DNA from: an uncultured delta proteobacterium | GTDB lineage: Bacteria > Myxococcota_A > Polyangia > Polyangiales > JAFGIB01 | Direction: 5' to 3' | Assembly (NCBI GenBank): GCA_963778655.1 | Contig: CAVZVA010000009.1 | Location: forward strand, 640,001-704,000 | DNA length: 64,000 bases | Shown here: piece by piece, positions 17,170 through 25,636 of the stretch | Layout of the letters: each line of letters starts with the position of its first letter | How positions within the stretch are numbered: the stretch's first letter is position 1 | Program-made: the position numbers and the translations under genes | The notes under the pieces: generated by a model | The model's input: only the letters and a program-made list of their open reading frames with translations | Told to the model about the DNA's origin: nothing | The model's database searches: none

Positions 17170-20100
17170 CTACGCCACCGCGGCCGCGAAGCTCGCGAAT
17201 AGGTCGCCGGGGAGGGGGTGTTCGAGGTGCCAGGTGATGGCCATGGGCTTTTCGCCTCGGTGGTCGACGTAGGTGGCGGGGCCGAGGAACCAGAAGGCGC
17301 GGTCGTCGTTGCGTAGGCGGGCGAAGAGCATGATCGACGAGCCTTGCTTGGCGTGCTGCTGGTAGCGCTGCCCGGTCTCGCTTTCGGCTCGGACCACCGA
17401 TTGGCTCTCCCAGTGGATCAGGTCTCTGCTGATCGCGTAGTCGCGATAGCGGGTGGTGGGCGAGAAGGCGCCGCTGGTCTTGTCCAGGGTGAACGCCAAC
17501 AGATCGGTGGGTACGTCCGGAAGGTAGCGGACCCCGGTCTGCCAGGCCGCGACCTTGGCGCCTTCGCCGACGTCGAAGGCCGCCAGGATTTCGATGCGCG
17601 TGTAGCGGCTGTGAACCTGCAACGGGACCTCGGGATGGGCGGTGAGCGGGGTGTGAATGTGGTCGACGCGGCGTCCGAGCAGCTCGAGCAATGCCTGCAG
17701 CTCGGAGCGGATGTTGGGGTGCTGCCAGATCATCGCGAGCGCGTCGCCGAGCGACGTGCCTTTGTCCAGCACTTCGCGGCTGGCAAGCGAAGCGACGAGC
17801 ATGCGCGCCAAGCGCCGCCGGCGATCGCGGAGCGCCGTGGGGTCGGGCGCTGTCGCTGAGCTGAGCAGCTCGCGATAGGCATCGATGCGCTCCATGTCGT
17901 CCACGTGCAGGAGGCGGCCGATCGCGCGCCGCAGCCGGCCCTCGTGCGGTCCCGACGGTGAGACCCGAACGCCCGCCCGCTCGCACAGATCGGTAAAGCA
18001 GTGGCCGGTAGTGGCGGGGTAGATGTCCTCGAGATCCAGCCCCGATTCGTCGAGATAGTTGCCCAGCGTAGGCTCGATTCCGGCCGCGATCTGGCGTCGG
18101 AGTTCCTCGACCTTGGCTGTCAGGTCGGAGGGGATCGCGCTTCGAATGCTCTCGAGGACGATCTCCGACGCGACCCGATCGAGCTCCATGTGGCAGCCGG
18201 CGGGAAGTAACGGGAAGTCGGCCTTGACCTGTTCCTCGAGCTCGCGGCGAGAGCAGCGCAGTAGCCCCATGAACTTGCGGTCGAAGCGGAAGTCTTTGTG
18301 CTGGTGGCCCACGAAGTCGAGCACCGTGCACATGAGCTTGCCCTGCGTGCGGCGGAGGCCGCGGCCGAGCTGTTGCAAGAAGAGCGTGGCGCTCTCGGTG
18401 GGGCGGAGCATGAGCAGGGTGTCCACGGCCGGTACATCGAGCCCCTCGTTGAACAAGTCCACGGAGAACAGGACCTGGATTGAACCGGCTGCAAGGTCCG
18501 AGAGTGCCTTGCGGCGCTCGTCCGGCGGGCTGTCACCCCACACGGCACGAGCCGCGATGCCCGCGCGCGAGAAGACGCGCGCCATGAAGCGGGCGTGATC
18601 AACGCTCACGCAGAAGCCGAGGGCACGGATGTTGTGCACGTCATCGACGTGCTGCTCGAGGAGTCGAATCACCTGGCGTGCGGCCACATCATTGCCGGTG
18701 AGCAGGTTCGTGAGCGCGCCGACGTCGTATCCCCGGCCGCGCTTCCAGGGAATCTGGCTGAGGTCGAGTCCGTCGTGAAGCCCGTAGTAGCTGAACGGAC
18801 ACAGACGGTGCTGGTCGATCGCGTCCCACAGTCGAAGCTCTGCGGCGATTCGGTTGTCGAAATACGCCAGTACGTCGAGCCCGTCGCTGCGCTCCGGGGT
18901 TGCGGTGAGGCCGAGGAGTTCCTTCGGGCGCACGTGCTCCAGCAGCGAGCGGTACGTTGGCGCGGTCGCGTGGTGGAACTCGTCGACGATCACCGTCTCG
19001 AAGCGCTGCGGATCGAGGTGCTGTAGGCCCGTGGACGCGAGGCTCTGGATGGATGCGAAGACATGTTCGAAGTCGCTCGGGCGTCTGCCTTCGACCCACA
19101 GCTCGCCGAAATTTGGATCACGGAGCGCTTGTCTGAACGTTGCGAGCGACTGCTTGAGGATCTCGCCGCGGTGCGCCACGAACAGCAGCCGGGGCCGCGC
19201 TGAGCCGGTGCACATCCGGGCGTAGTCGATGGCCGCCATGACGGTCTTCCCGGTGCCCGTGGCGGCGACCAGAAGGTTGCGGTGATGCCCTTGGGCGCGC
19301 GCGACGGCGATGCACTCGAGCAGGCGCTCCTGAAAGGGCTCCGGGCGAACCTCGAGCAGGCTGAGGACGGTGATGGGTCCCGGGGTCGTGCCGCGCCGAG
19401 CTTCTTCGGCAAAGCGCTCGACTTCGAAGGGCACGAAATCGCCACTATTCCAGTAGCTCTCGAAGACCGCGGTGATCTTGTCGACCACGTCGCCGTTGCG
19501 CGCACCCGACACACGCACGTTCCACTCGAGACCCGTGACTTGCGCAGAGTGCGTGAGATTGGACGAGCCCACGTAGGCGGTCGAGAAGCCGCCGGGCCGG
19601 TGGAACACCCAGGCCTTGGCATGGAGGCGGGTGGTGCTCGTGTCGTAGGACACTCGGATCTCGGCGCCGGCATCCCGCAACATGGTCAGTGCTTCCAGCT
19701 CGGTGGAGCCGGTGTAGGTCGTGGTTAGAAAGCGCACCAGGCGAGCCTTCGAGGTGTGTCGCTGAATCATCGGCATGAGCGGCCTGATCCCCAATCGACG
19801 GACGAAGGCCATGATGACGTCGATCTGACTCGCCGAAGCGAACTCCGACACGAGCTGCTTGCCGACGCCGGGTTCGTCGGGCGCGTTGGTGAGCAGGGTG
19901 GTGTCCAGCAGCGGCGTCCTCGGCGCTTCGATGGCATCCGGCGTGCCATCGGGACGAAAGCCGGCGATCTGGGCCAGGACGTCGCCCGATGTCACGGGAC
20001 GCTCGAGCCCAAACTCCTCTTGGGCCATGAGCTGGTTGATCCGATCCACGAGCTCTCGCGCAAGCTCGACGGCCGTGGCGACCCGCTCGCGGTCGCCGAC

Positions 20101-20271
20101 CATCGCAAGCGCGCGCTCGATGACCTTGGCGACGTGCATGGCCACCCGGTCCCCGGCTTCGGCCGGGCGCAGGGTGCGAGTGTGTGCTCTCAGGTCCTGG
20201 CGCAGGCGTTCAATCTCACCGAGCAGCTCCTCGGTGATGAGCGTTTCGTAGAGGCCGCGCTCCAGGGTCAC
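17170..20271 (-). CDS. PLD nuclease - SF2 helicase - DUF3427 protein (SauUSI-like type IV restriction)
   Basis: RLHAKAW..YVGSSNLT (PLD), ATGTGKT, DEFHH, TATPER, QQLGRGLR, C-terminal YRDYAISRDLIHWESQS. GTG start chosen at 20271. Confidence 0.88.
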   Translation of the reverse strand: MTLERGLYETLITEELLGEIERLRQDLRAHTRTLRPAEAGDRVAMHVAKVIERALAMVGDRERVATAVELARELVDRINQLMAQEEFGLERPVTSGDVLAQIAGFRPDGTPDAIEAPRTPLLDTTLLTNAPDEPGVGKQLVSEFASASQIDVIMAFVRRLGIRPLMPMIQRHTSKARLVRFLTTTYTGSTELEALTMLRDAGAEIRVSYDTSTTRLHAKAWVFHRPGGFSTAYVGSSNLTHSAQVTGLEWNVRVSGARNGDVVDKITAVFESYWNSGDFVPFEVERFAEEARRGTTPGPITVLSLLEVRPEPFQERLLECIAVARAQGHHRNLLVAATGTGKTVMAAIDYARMCTGSARPRLLFVAHRGEILKQSLATFRQALRDPNFGELWVEGRRPSDFEHVFASIQSLASTGLQHLDPQRFETVIVDEFHHATAPTYRSLLEHVRPKELLGLTATPERSDGLDVLAYFDNRIAAELRLWDAIDQHRLCPFSYYGLHDGLDLSQIPWKRGRGYDVGALTNLLTGNDVAARQVIRLLEQHVDDVHNIRALGFCVSVDHARFMARVFSRAGIAARAVWGDSPPDERRKALSDLAAGSIQVLFSVDLFNEGLDVPAVDTLLMLRPTESATLFLQQLGRGLRRTQGKLMCTVLDFVGHQHKDFRFDRKFMGLLRCSRRELEEQVKADFPLLPAGCHMELDRVASEIVLESIRSAIPSDLTAKVEELRRQIAAGIEPTLGNYLDESGLDLEDIYPATTGHCFTDLCERAGVRVSPSGPHEGRLRRAIGRLLHVDDMERIDAYRELLSSATAPDPTALRDRRRRLARMLVASLASREVLDKGTSLGDALAMIWQHPNIRSELQALLELLGRRVDHIHTPLTAHPEVPLQVHSRYTRIEILAAFDVGEGAKVAAWQTGVRYLPDVPTDLLAFTLDKTSGAFSPTTRYRDYAISRDLIHWESQSVVRAESETGQRYQQHAKQGSSIMLFARLRNDDRAFWFLGPATYVDHRGEKPMAITWHLEHPLPGDLFASFAAAVA

Positions 20272-20339
20272 GCGGCAATCGTACATGAAGAGCCCGAAAC
20301 GGAGCTCCCAAACGAGACGAGCGCGTGTAGCGTCGCAGC

Positions 20340-20567
20340 ATGACAAGCGAGTTGGATGTCGCGATTCGAGACGCGCTGGGCGAGCTGGCCGGTGCTGGGC
20401 TGGGTATCGAAGCCGTGTTTGGCGAGCGCTCGACCCCGCCCGAGAGTCTGACGCCGGCGGCGGCCTATGCCGCTGGGATCATCGATGGGGCCGGCATAGC
20501 GCTTGGACTTACGGCTCTCGAGTTGCTCGACGAGCTTGGGCTTCTGCCGGCGTCGTTTCCAGCGTAG
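20340..20567 (+). CDS. Hypothetical protein
   Basis: 75-aa ORF with protein-like composition, divergent from the helicase. Confidence 0.45.
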   Translation: MTSELDVAIRDALGELAGAGLGIEAVFGERSTPPESLTPAAAYAAGIIDGAGIALGLTALELLDELGLLPASFPA

Positions 20568-20836
20568 CGGAAAGGACCGAGAATCGTTGCGATCACGGCA
20601 CTCCGATCGCGGACGCAACAGCGGCAGCGGCCGGCCGACAACACGGGCATGTTCCGGCTACGCGTGCTTGCGTCCGGCGGCGCGGTGCTGAGCTGCGGCG
20701 GGCACGACAGGCGCATTGGGCTTGGAGGAACCGCCGAAGCGAAGGGCACGGGCGCCGACCTCGGCGGGCCGGCAGGGATTCGCAGCATTGACAGGGCAGG
20801 CCTCGTTGGACAACCTATAGGTTGTCGGACGGGGCC

Positions 20837-21025
20837 ATGCCCTCGGCCGACGTGATCCGGGTCCTGAAGGCGGATGGGTGGGAGCTTGCGCGGGTCAAGG
20901 GGTCTCACCATCACTTCAGGCACGCGACCAAGAAGGGAATTGTCACGGTGCCGCATCCCAAGAAGGACATCCCGATCGGGACGTTGCGGAGCGTCGAGCG
21001 GCAGGCGCGGGTCCGGCTGACGTGA
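20837..21025 (+). CDS. hicA: HicA toxin
   Basis: DGWELARVKGSHHHFRH..VTVPHPKKDIPIGTLRSV. Confidence 0.92.
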   Translation: MPSADVIRVLKADGWELARVKGSHHHFRHATKKGIVTVPHPKKDIPIGTLRSVERQARVRLT

Positions 21026-21036
21026 AGGAGGTGGGC

Positions 21037-21471
21037 ATGCACTACGCCGCATACGTCCATCGAGAGGGGAAGCGCTGGCTGGCGGAGTTTCCTGACGCGC
21101 CGGGGTGCCAGACGTTTGCCGGCTCGGAGGCGAGGCTGCGGGGTGCGGCGAAGGAGGCGCTCGAGGGGTGGCTGGAGACGCATCTTTTGGGCGGGGAGGC
21201 GCCGGAGCGGCCGCGGGTGCGGCGGCGTGCGCCGGGCGGACGGAAGCTGGTGCGCGTGCATGTCGATCCGCTGCTGGCAACAGCCGTGCATCTGCGCTGG
21301 GCGCGTCAGGACGCGGGGCTGTCGCAGGCGCAGCTCGCGAAGCGGGTGGGCGTATCGCAGCAGCAGATCGCCAAGCTCGAGAATCCGGACGAAAACCCGA
21401 CGCTGCGCACGCTCGACAAGGTGGTCAAGGCGCTCGGCTTGGAGCTGGAGATCTCGATCTCGGCGGCGTAG
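21037..21471 (+). CDS. hicB: HicB antitoxin with C-terminal XRE HTH
   Basis: AEFPDAPGCQTF..EALEGWL; GLSQAQLAKRVGVSQQQIAKLE; AGGAGG RBS. Confidence 0.9.
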   Translation: MHYAAYVHREGKRWLAEFPDAPGCQTFAGSEARLRGAAKEALEGWLETHLLGGEAPERPRVRRRAPGGRKLVRVHVDPLLATAVHLRWARQDAGLSQAQLAKRVGVSQQQIAKLENPDENPTLRTLDKVVKALGLELEISISAA

Positions 21472-21588
21472 CGGCGCTCAACCCGGGTGGCGGGCCTACA
21501 CCCGCTGCGGCCACCGGCCGGGCTGACCAGCGCTTCGTTCAAGCAAAAACCCTCGGCGAAGCAGGAGCTGCGGTCAGCAGCGGTCGCG

Positions 21589-21771
21589 CTACAGGCCGGC
21601 GTCCTTCATCTGCTTGCGCTTCTTCGACCAGACGCGCAGGAAGCCGACGGCGACCGCGAGCAGGGGCAACAGGATCAGTGCGGCCTGGACGCCGTGTAGA
21701 TCGGCGGGCACGCCGAGATCGTTCAACAGCGGAACGACGTGCTGCCTCAACCAGGCACTGAGCTCTCTCAC
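21589..21771 (-). CDS. Small hypothetical membrane protein
   Basis: One hydrophobic helix followed by a basic tail. Confidence 0.4.
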   Translation of the reverse strand: MRELSAWLRQHVVPLLNDLGVPADLHGVQAALILLPLLAVAVGFLRVWSKKRKQMKDAGL

Positions 21772-21918
21772 CGGGCTCTCCGCATGGGTGGGTGCAGTCT
21801 AGCAGTCCACGATCGCGGCTGCGAGCTGGGTTGGTCGCCCGAGTCGGCGCTGGTCTTTTCGCGCAACCCGGCCGCGGCCCGGTCGATACCCAAGGCACGA
21901 CTACCAAGGAGGTGCGAC

Positions 21919-22719
21919 GTGCTCATCATCGAGGATCCGCGGGGCCGGGTCCAAGCGCTGGACGATCCTGACCCGTGTTGGCTGCATTGCAGCCTGTGCA
22001 TGCGGTTCTTTCAGTACCGGGATGCGAAGCCGTCCTACTCTGACGAGCGCGAGGGCTGCCCCTTTGCGGACTGCAATGGGGTCGGGCTGGGCTTCGAGAT
22101 CTTCGTGTGGGACGACCTGCGCGAGCCCGACGACCCACGCTGGCCGAGCCGGCCCGAGGAGCTCAGCTACGGGTTGCGCGCGCCCGACGCCGGCGAATTC
22201 TACGGCGGACGCCGCGCGCGCCTGATCGCGGAGTTCGCGCGCTCGCCCGAGTGGCGCGCGCTCCAGCTCGATGGCGACCCACGCTACGTTGGCGGGCTGT
22301 GCAACATGCTCTCGGACGGCGACTACGATCTCGGCGACTGTCGCTGCGAAGGCGCCGAGCTCTGGGATCTGGAGTCGCTGCGCGGCCTGGCGCTGTACTG
22401 CCGTAGCAGCGACGTCGGCGCAGTCCCGGCGATGGTCGCCGAGCTGCGCGCGTTCGCGGCCTTCGGGATGCGCGCGCGGGCGATTCCCGAGCCCGAGGCC
22501 TGGCTCGAGCTGATGTCGGACGACGCCCTGGAGCAGACGTTGCGAGAGGACGTGCAACGTCGCGCGCAGGGCGCGCGGGGCGTGCAGCGCGCGCAGGACG
22601 CGCAGGGCGCGCAAGGGCACGCGGTCCGGCGCGCGGCGCCGCGCGACCTGAAACGGCACAAGAGGCAAGCACGCCGCAGGCAGCGGCGCGCCCGCCGCGC
22701 CAACCGCGGACGGAGCTAA
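21919..22719 (+). CDS. Hypothetical protein with N-terminal Cys cluster and basic C-terminal tail
   Basis: AAGGAGG RBS before GTG; CSLC...CPFADC; tail KRHKRQARRRQRRARRANR. Confidence 0.65.
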   Translation: MLIIEDPRGRVQALDDPDPCWLHCSLCMRFFQYRDAKPSYSDEREGCPFADCNGVGLGFEIFVWDDLREPDDPRWPSRPEELSYGLRAPDAGEFYGGRRARLIAEFARSPEWRALQLDGDPRYVGGLCNMLSDGDYDLGDCRCEGAELWDLESLRGLALYCRSSDVGAVPAMVAELRAFAAFGMRARAIPEPEAWLELMSDDALEQTLREDVQRRAQGARGVQRAQDAQGAQGHAVRRAAPRDLKRHKRQARRRQRRARRANRGRS

Positions 22720-22788
22720 CGCGCGCGTCGCCATGGCGGCCTACGGCAGCCGACGAGCGGTGCCCAAATGGTGCCGACGCCTGCGCAA

Positions 22789-22807
22789 ACTAAGCCATTG
22801 ACTTAGT
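22789..22807. promoter_or_regulatory. Palindromic putative operator upstream of brnT
   Basis: ACTAAG-CCATTGA-CTTAGT. Confidence 0.45.
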
Positions 22808-22813
22808 CCGCCA

Positions 22814-23122
22814 ATGACGCACGATTCAGTATTGAGGTTCGAGTGGGATGACGCCAAGAACGTCGCGAATCAGGAAGAGCACGGCGTCTCCTTCGAGGAG
22901 GCAAGCGAGCTGTTCTCCAGCGGCGAGGACTACCTCGAGATCTTCGACGCGGACCACTCGAACGCGGAGGACCGCTTCATCGCGATCGGCCCGATCACGC
23001 GCGGCGTCGTGCTCGTCGTGTGGACCGAGCGCGACGAGGATGTCGTCCGCATCGTCAGCGCCCGCTGGGTCACCAAGCGCGAGCGGGCCAGGTACATCGA
23101 GCACATGGAGCGCGTGAAATGA
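22814..23122 (+). CDS. brnT: BrnT family toxin
   Basis: FEWDDAKNVANQEEHGVSFEEA..EDRFIAIG..RIVSARW. Confidence 0.9.
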   Translation: MTHDSVLRFEWDDAKNVANQEEHGVSFEEASELFSSGEDYLEIFDADHSNAEDRFIAIGPITRGVVLVVWTERDEDVVRIVSARWVTKRERARYIEHMERVK

Positions 23123-23412
23123 GTGACGAGATCCCCGAGCTCACCGACGATGACTTCGCCAGCGCGATCCCGGCCCGCCTGCGGCGCCGGCTGATGCGCG
23201 GGAAGCTCGAGTCCGGCGCGGACATCGCGGCGCTGAGGCAATTCGTGCGCCTTTCGCAGACGCAATTCGCCAAGGCGATGGGCATCAGCGTCCACACCTT
23301 GCGGAACTGGGAACAGGACCGGCGCAAGCCCGAGGGTCCCGCGCTGGCGCTCCTGCGAATCGCCGCGCGTCATCCGCGGATCCTGCGCGAGAACCTGAAG
23401 ACGGCGGCGTAG
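23119..23412 (+). CDS. XRE HTH antitoxin coupled to brnT
   Basis: ATGA overlap; LSQTQFAKAMGISVHTLRNWEQDRRKPEGPALALL. Confidence 0.85.
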   Translation: MSDEIPELTDDDFASAIPARLRRRLMRGKLESGADIAALRQFVRLSQTQFAKAMGISVHTLRNWEQDRRKPEGPALALLRIAARHPRILRENLKTAA

Positions 23413-23459
23413 GTGCTCTAGAATCTAGGCGCCATGCCGTTGCTGGCGACGTGGTGGAA

Positions 23460-24263
23460 TCACACCTGCCGCGCCCAGCCGCCCGCCACCAGCTCTTCAT
23501 TGAGGTAGAAGCCCTCTGCGAAGCACGCGTCGATGCCGATCTTGCGCGGGCTGTAGAAGACGTGGCCGACGTATCTGCCGTGGATGTCGTACTTGCGGGT
23601 TTGCACCACGACGGTTTGGGCGGGGAGGAGGCGGAAGGCGACGAAGTCGCGGGCGGCGCGGCCTTGGGGCGTGGCGAGGTCGGGGGCGTCGAGGGCGGCG
23701 AGGCGGATGCGCTGCAGGTGGCTGATGTGGAAGCCGAGGTCGAGCTGGAGGTCGAGGGTGTCGGCGTCGACGATGTTGTGGACGCTGCCGGCGTAGAGGT
23801 AGCTGGGGGAGGTGGGGCGGGGGAGCTGGGTGGCGGCGTTGGGATCGCGCGAGGTCTCGACCTGGATCAAGGCGGCGAGCTCGCGGGCCGCGAGGTGGCG
23901 CTCGATGGCGAGCCGCGCGTAGTGGGCGCGGAGCTCCGCGGGCAGCGCGAGCAGCAGGATGTAGTGGGACCAGCGCAAGGGCGTGTTGGCGGCGGGGCGT
24001 TTGGGGTAGGCGGCGTGGAAGACGAGCGCGCGCTGCAGCGTGCGCAGCGCGAGGTCGGTGTCGCGCGAGAGGTCGCGCAGCACGGAGTTGTGGTAGCCGG
24101 CGTTGTGCGCGAGCCGCTCGCGCGCGATGCGCGCGCCCATGCGCCAGTACATCTGCACCCGCTGGCCGGCGGCTGCCGAGTCGGTGCGGTCGACGAGGCG
24201 CACGACGTCGTCGCGCAGGGCGGCGTAGCGCTGGGTGGTGAGGGGCTTCTTGGACGTGGGCAT
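23460..24263 (-). CDS. YhcG/DUF1016 N-terminal domain fused to a thermonuclease (SNase) domain
   Basis: YWRMGARI..LRWSHYILLL..RAHY (DUF1016-N); VDADTLDLQLDLGF..RIRLAALDAP..DIHGRY..LNEELV (SNase). Confidence 0.8.
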   Translation of the reverse strand: MPTSKKPLTTQRYAALRDDVVRLVDRTDSAAAGQRVQMYWRMGARIARERLAHNAGYHNSVLRDLSRDTDLALRTLQRALVFHAAYPKRPAANTPLRWSHYILLLALPAELRAHYARLAIERHLAARELAALIQVETSRDPNAATQLPRPTSPSYLYAGSVHNIVDADTLDLQLDLGFHISHLQRIRLAALDAPDLATPQGRAARDFVAFRLLPAQTVVVQTRKYDIHGRYVGHVFYSPRKIGIDACFAEGFYLNEELVAGGWARQV

Positions 24264-24525
24264 GGACGAGGTCGGAGCACGGGGCTGGCGCGGGGCACGC
24301 GCGCCCGCGCGGGTGGCGCTCGGGAGCGCGCCGGGCTCGGGGATGCACCGCACTGGCGCGCACGGCGCGGGCGGTGCACCATCAAAGGACAGATTCGGGG
24401 GGAGGGGCGATCTCGTCAACGGTTGACGAGATTAAATCGCGGGAGCGTACCGCTGCGGGAGGCGGGCGAAGACCTCCCAGCCCGCGACCACGAAGAACGT
24501 GGCGCGATGCGGGCAGGAGGGGAGT

Positions 24526-24884
24526 TGGTGGAGGCGGCGGGAGTCGAACCCGCGTCCGGAAGAGATCGGCGGTGGCGTCTACGTACGTATTCCGTGATTT
24601 GTATCGCGGTGGATTGCGCCCACGGACAGGCTCGCTCCATCGCCAGTGATCCTGTGTCTTCGCCCGCCTATCGGATCACGAACAGGAGGCTAGCCAGTTC
24701 AATCACGCCTCGTCCGCAGAGCACTGGCGAGCTCTACGGGGAGACGGCTTCTTTGGCTTATTAGGCCGCGAAAGCGACTGCGTTGTTGTTGGCAGTTGTT
24801 GTTCCCAGAGGTATTTGCGTCGTCTCAGGGCCGACGTGCACGCAACCAACGCGTCAGCACCCCCGTCGAAACCGGTACGCCCCC
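24526..24884 (-). ncRNA. ssrA: tmRNA; tag (A)ANNNAVAFAA**
   Basis: 5' GGGGGCGTACCGGTTTCGACGGGG; 3' GGTTCGACTCCCGCCGCCTCCACCA; tag reading frame 24793-24758. Confidence 0.97.
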
Positions 24885-24902
24885 ATGGCGACCTTACGTT
24901 CA

Positions 24903-24930
24903 AGCATAAGTCGGAAATGCGCCCCGACAA
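24903..24930 (-). promoter_or_regulatory. Putative sigma70 promoter of ssrA
   Basis: TTGTCG-N16-TATGCT. Confidence 0.45.
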
Positions 24931-24990
24931 GGAGGAAATCGGCTCGGCGCCCTGGCGGGGTGGGCGGGCATCCGCTACACAATTCGGCGT

Positions 24991-25593
24991 ATGTCGGATT
25001 GTCCCGGCCTGCCCAACAAGAACGAGGTCGCGCGCGCGCTGCTGCTCAAGGGCACCGTGTTCGTGCACCTCGATCCCCGCGTGAAGGGGGCGTTGGTGCC
25101 GGCGTGGTTGCGCGACCGCCCGCAGCTGGTGTTGCAGATCGGGCTGGACATGCCGTTGCCGATTCCCGACCTGCGTCTCGATGACGCGGGCCTGCACGGG
25201 ACGCTCTCATTCAACCGCGCGGCGTTCACCTGCTCGGTGCCGTGGGATGCGGTGTTCGCGCTGGTTGGCGACGACGGCAAAGGCATGGTCTGGCCCGCCA
25301 GCATGCCCGCGGAGATCGCCGCCGAGGTCGAGCGCGAGGCGCGCCGCGCGCGGCTCGCGGAGATCGAGGCCGGCGCGATCGAAGAGGTGCAGCAGGCGCA
25401 GCGCCCGCGCCGCCGCCGGCGCGCAGCCTCGCACGAGCCCAAGGGGTCGCCCGCGGCGGCCGCGGCGCGCAGCCCGCGCGCGGCCGGGCGCACGCCGCCC
25501 AGCCTCGAGCTGATCGCCGGCGACGGCTCAGGTAGCGGCGCGCCGTCGAGCGAGCGCCGCGCTTCGGCGTCGCACCTGCGCCTGGTGAAGTAG
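24991..25593 (+). CDS. sspB: SspB-like ClpXP adaptor
   Basis: FVHLDPR..GTLSFNR..CSVPWDAVFAL; C-terminal ClpX-binding-type tail HLRLVK. Confidence 0.85.
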   Translation: MSDCPGLPNKNEVARALLLKGTVFVHLDPRVKGALVPAWLRDRPQLVLQIGLDMPLPIPDLRLDDAGLHGTLSFNRAAFTCSVPWDAVFALVGDDGKGMVWPASMPAEIAAEVEREARRARLAEIEAGAIEEVQQAQRPRRRRRAASHEPKGSPAAAAARSPRAAGRTPPSLELIAGDGSGSGAPSSERRASASHLRLVK

Positions 25594-25636
25594 CCGCGGC
25601 GCCCCGCCCCGCCTGGGGTCGCGCCCGGCGCTACGG

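Noticed and set aside
21769..21784. 16-nt reverse-strand match (TGCGGAGAGCCCGGTG) to the start of intron domain V
   Set aside because: The rest of domains V/VI is absent; chance in GC-rich DNA or a negligible relic.
4133..24263. Integron cassette array explanation for the many small TA genes
   Set aside because: No intI, no recurring attC (RYYYAAC...GTTRRRY) structures, and genes lie in mixed orientations.
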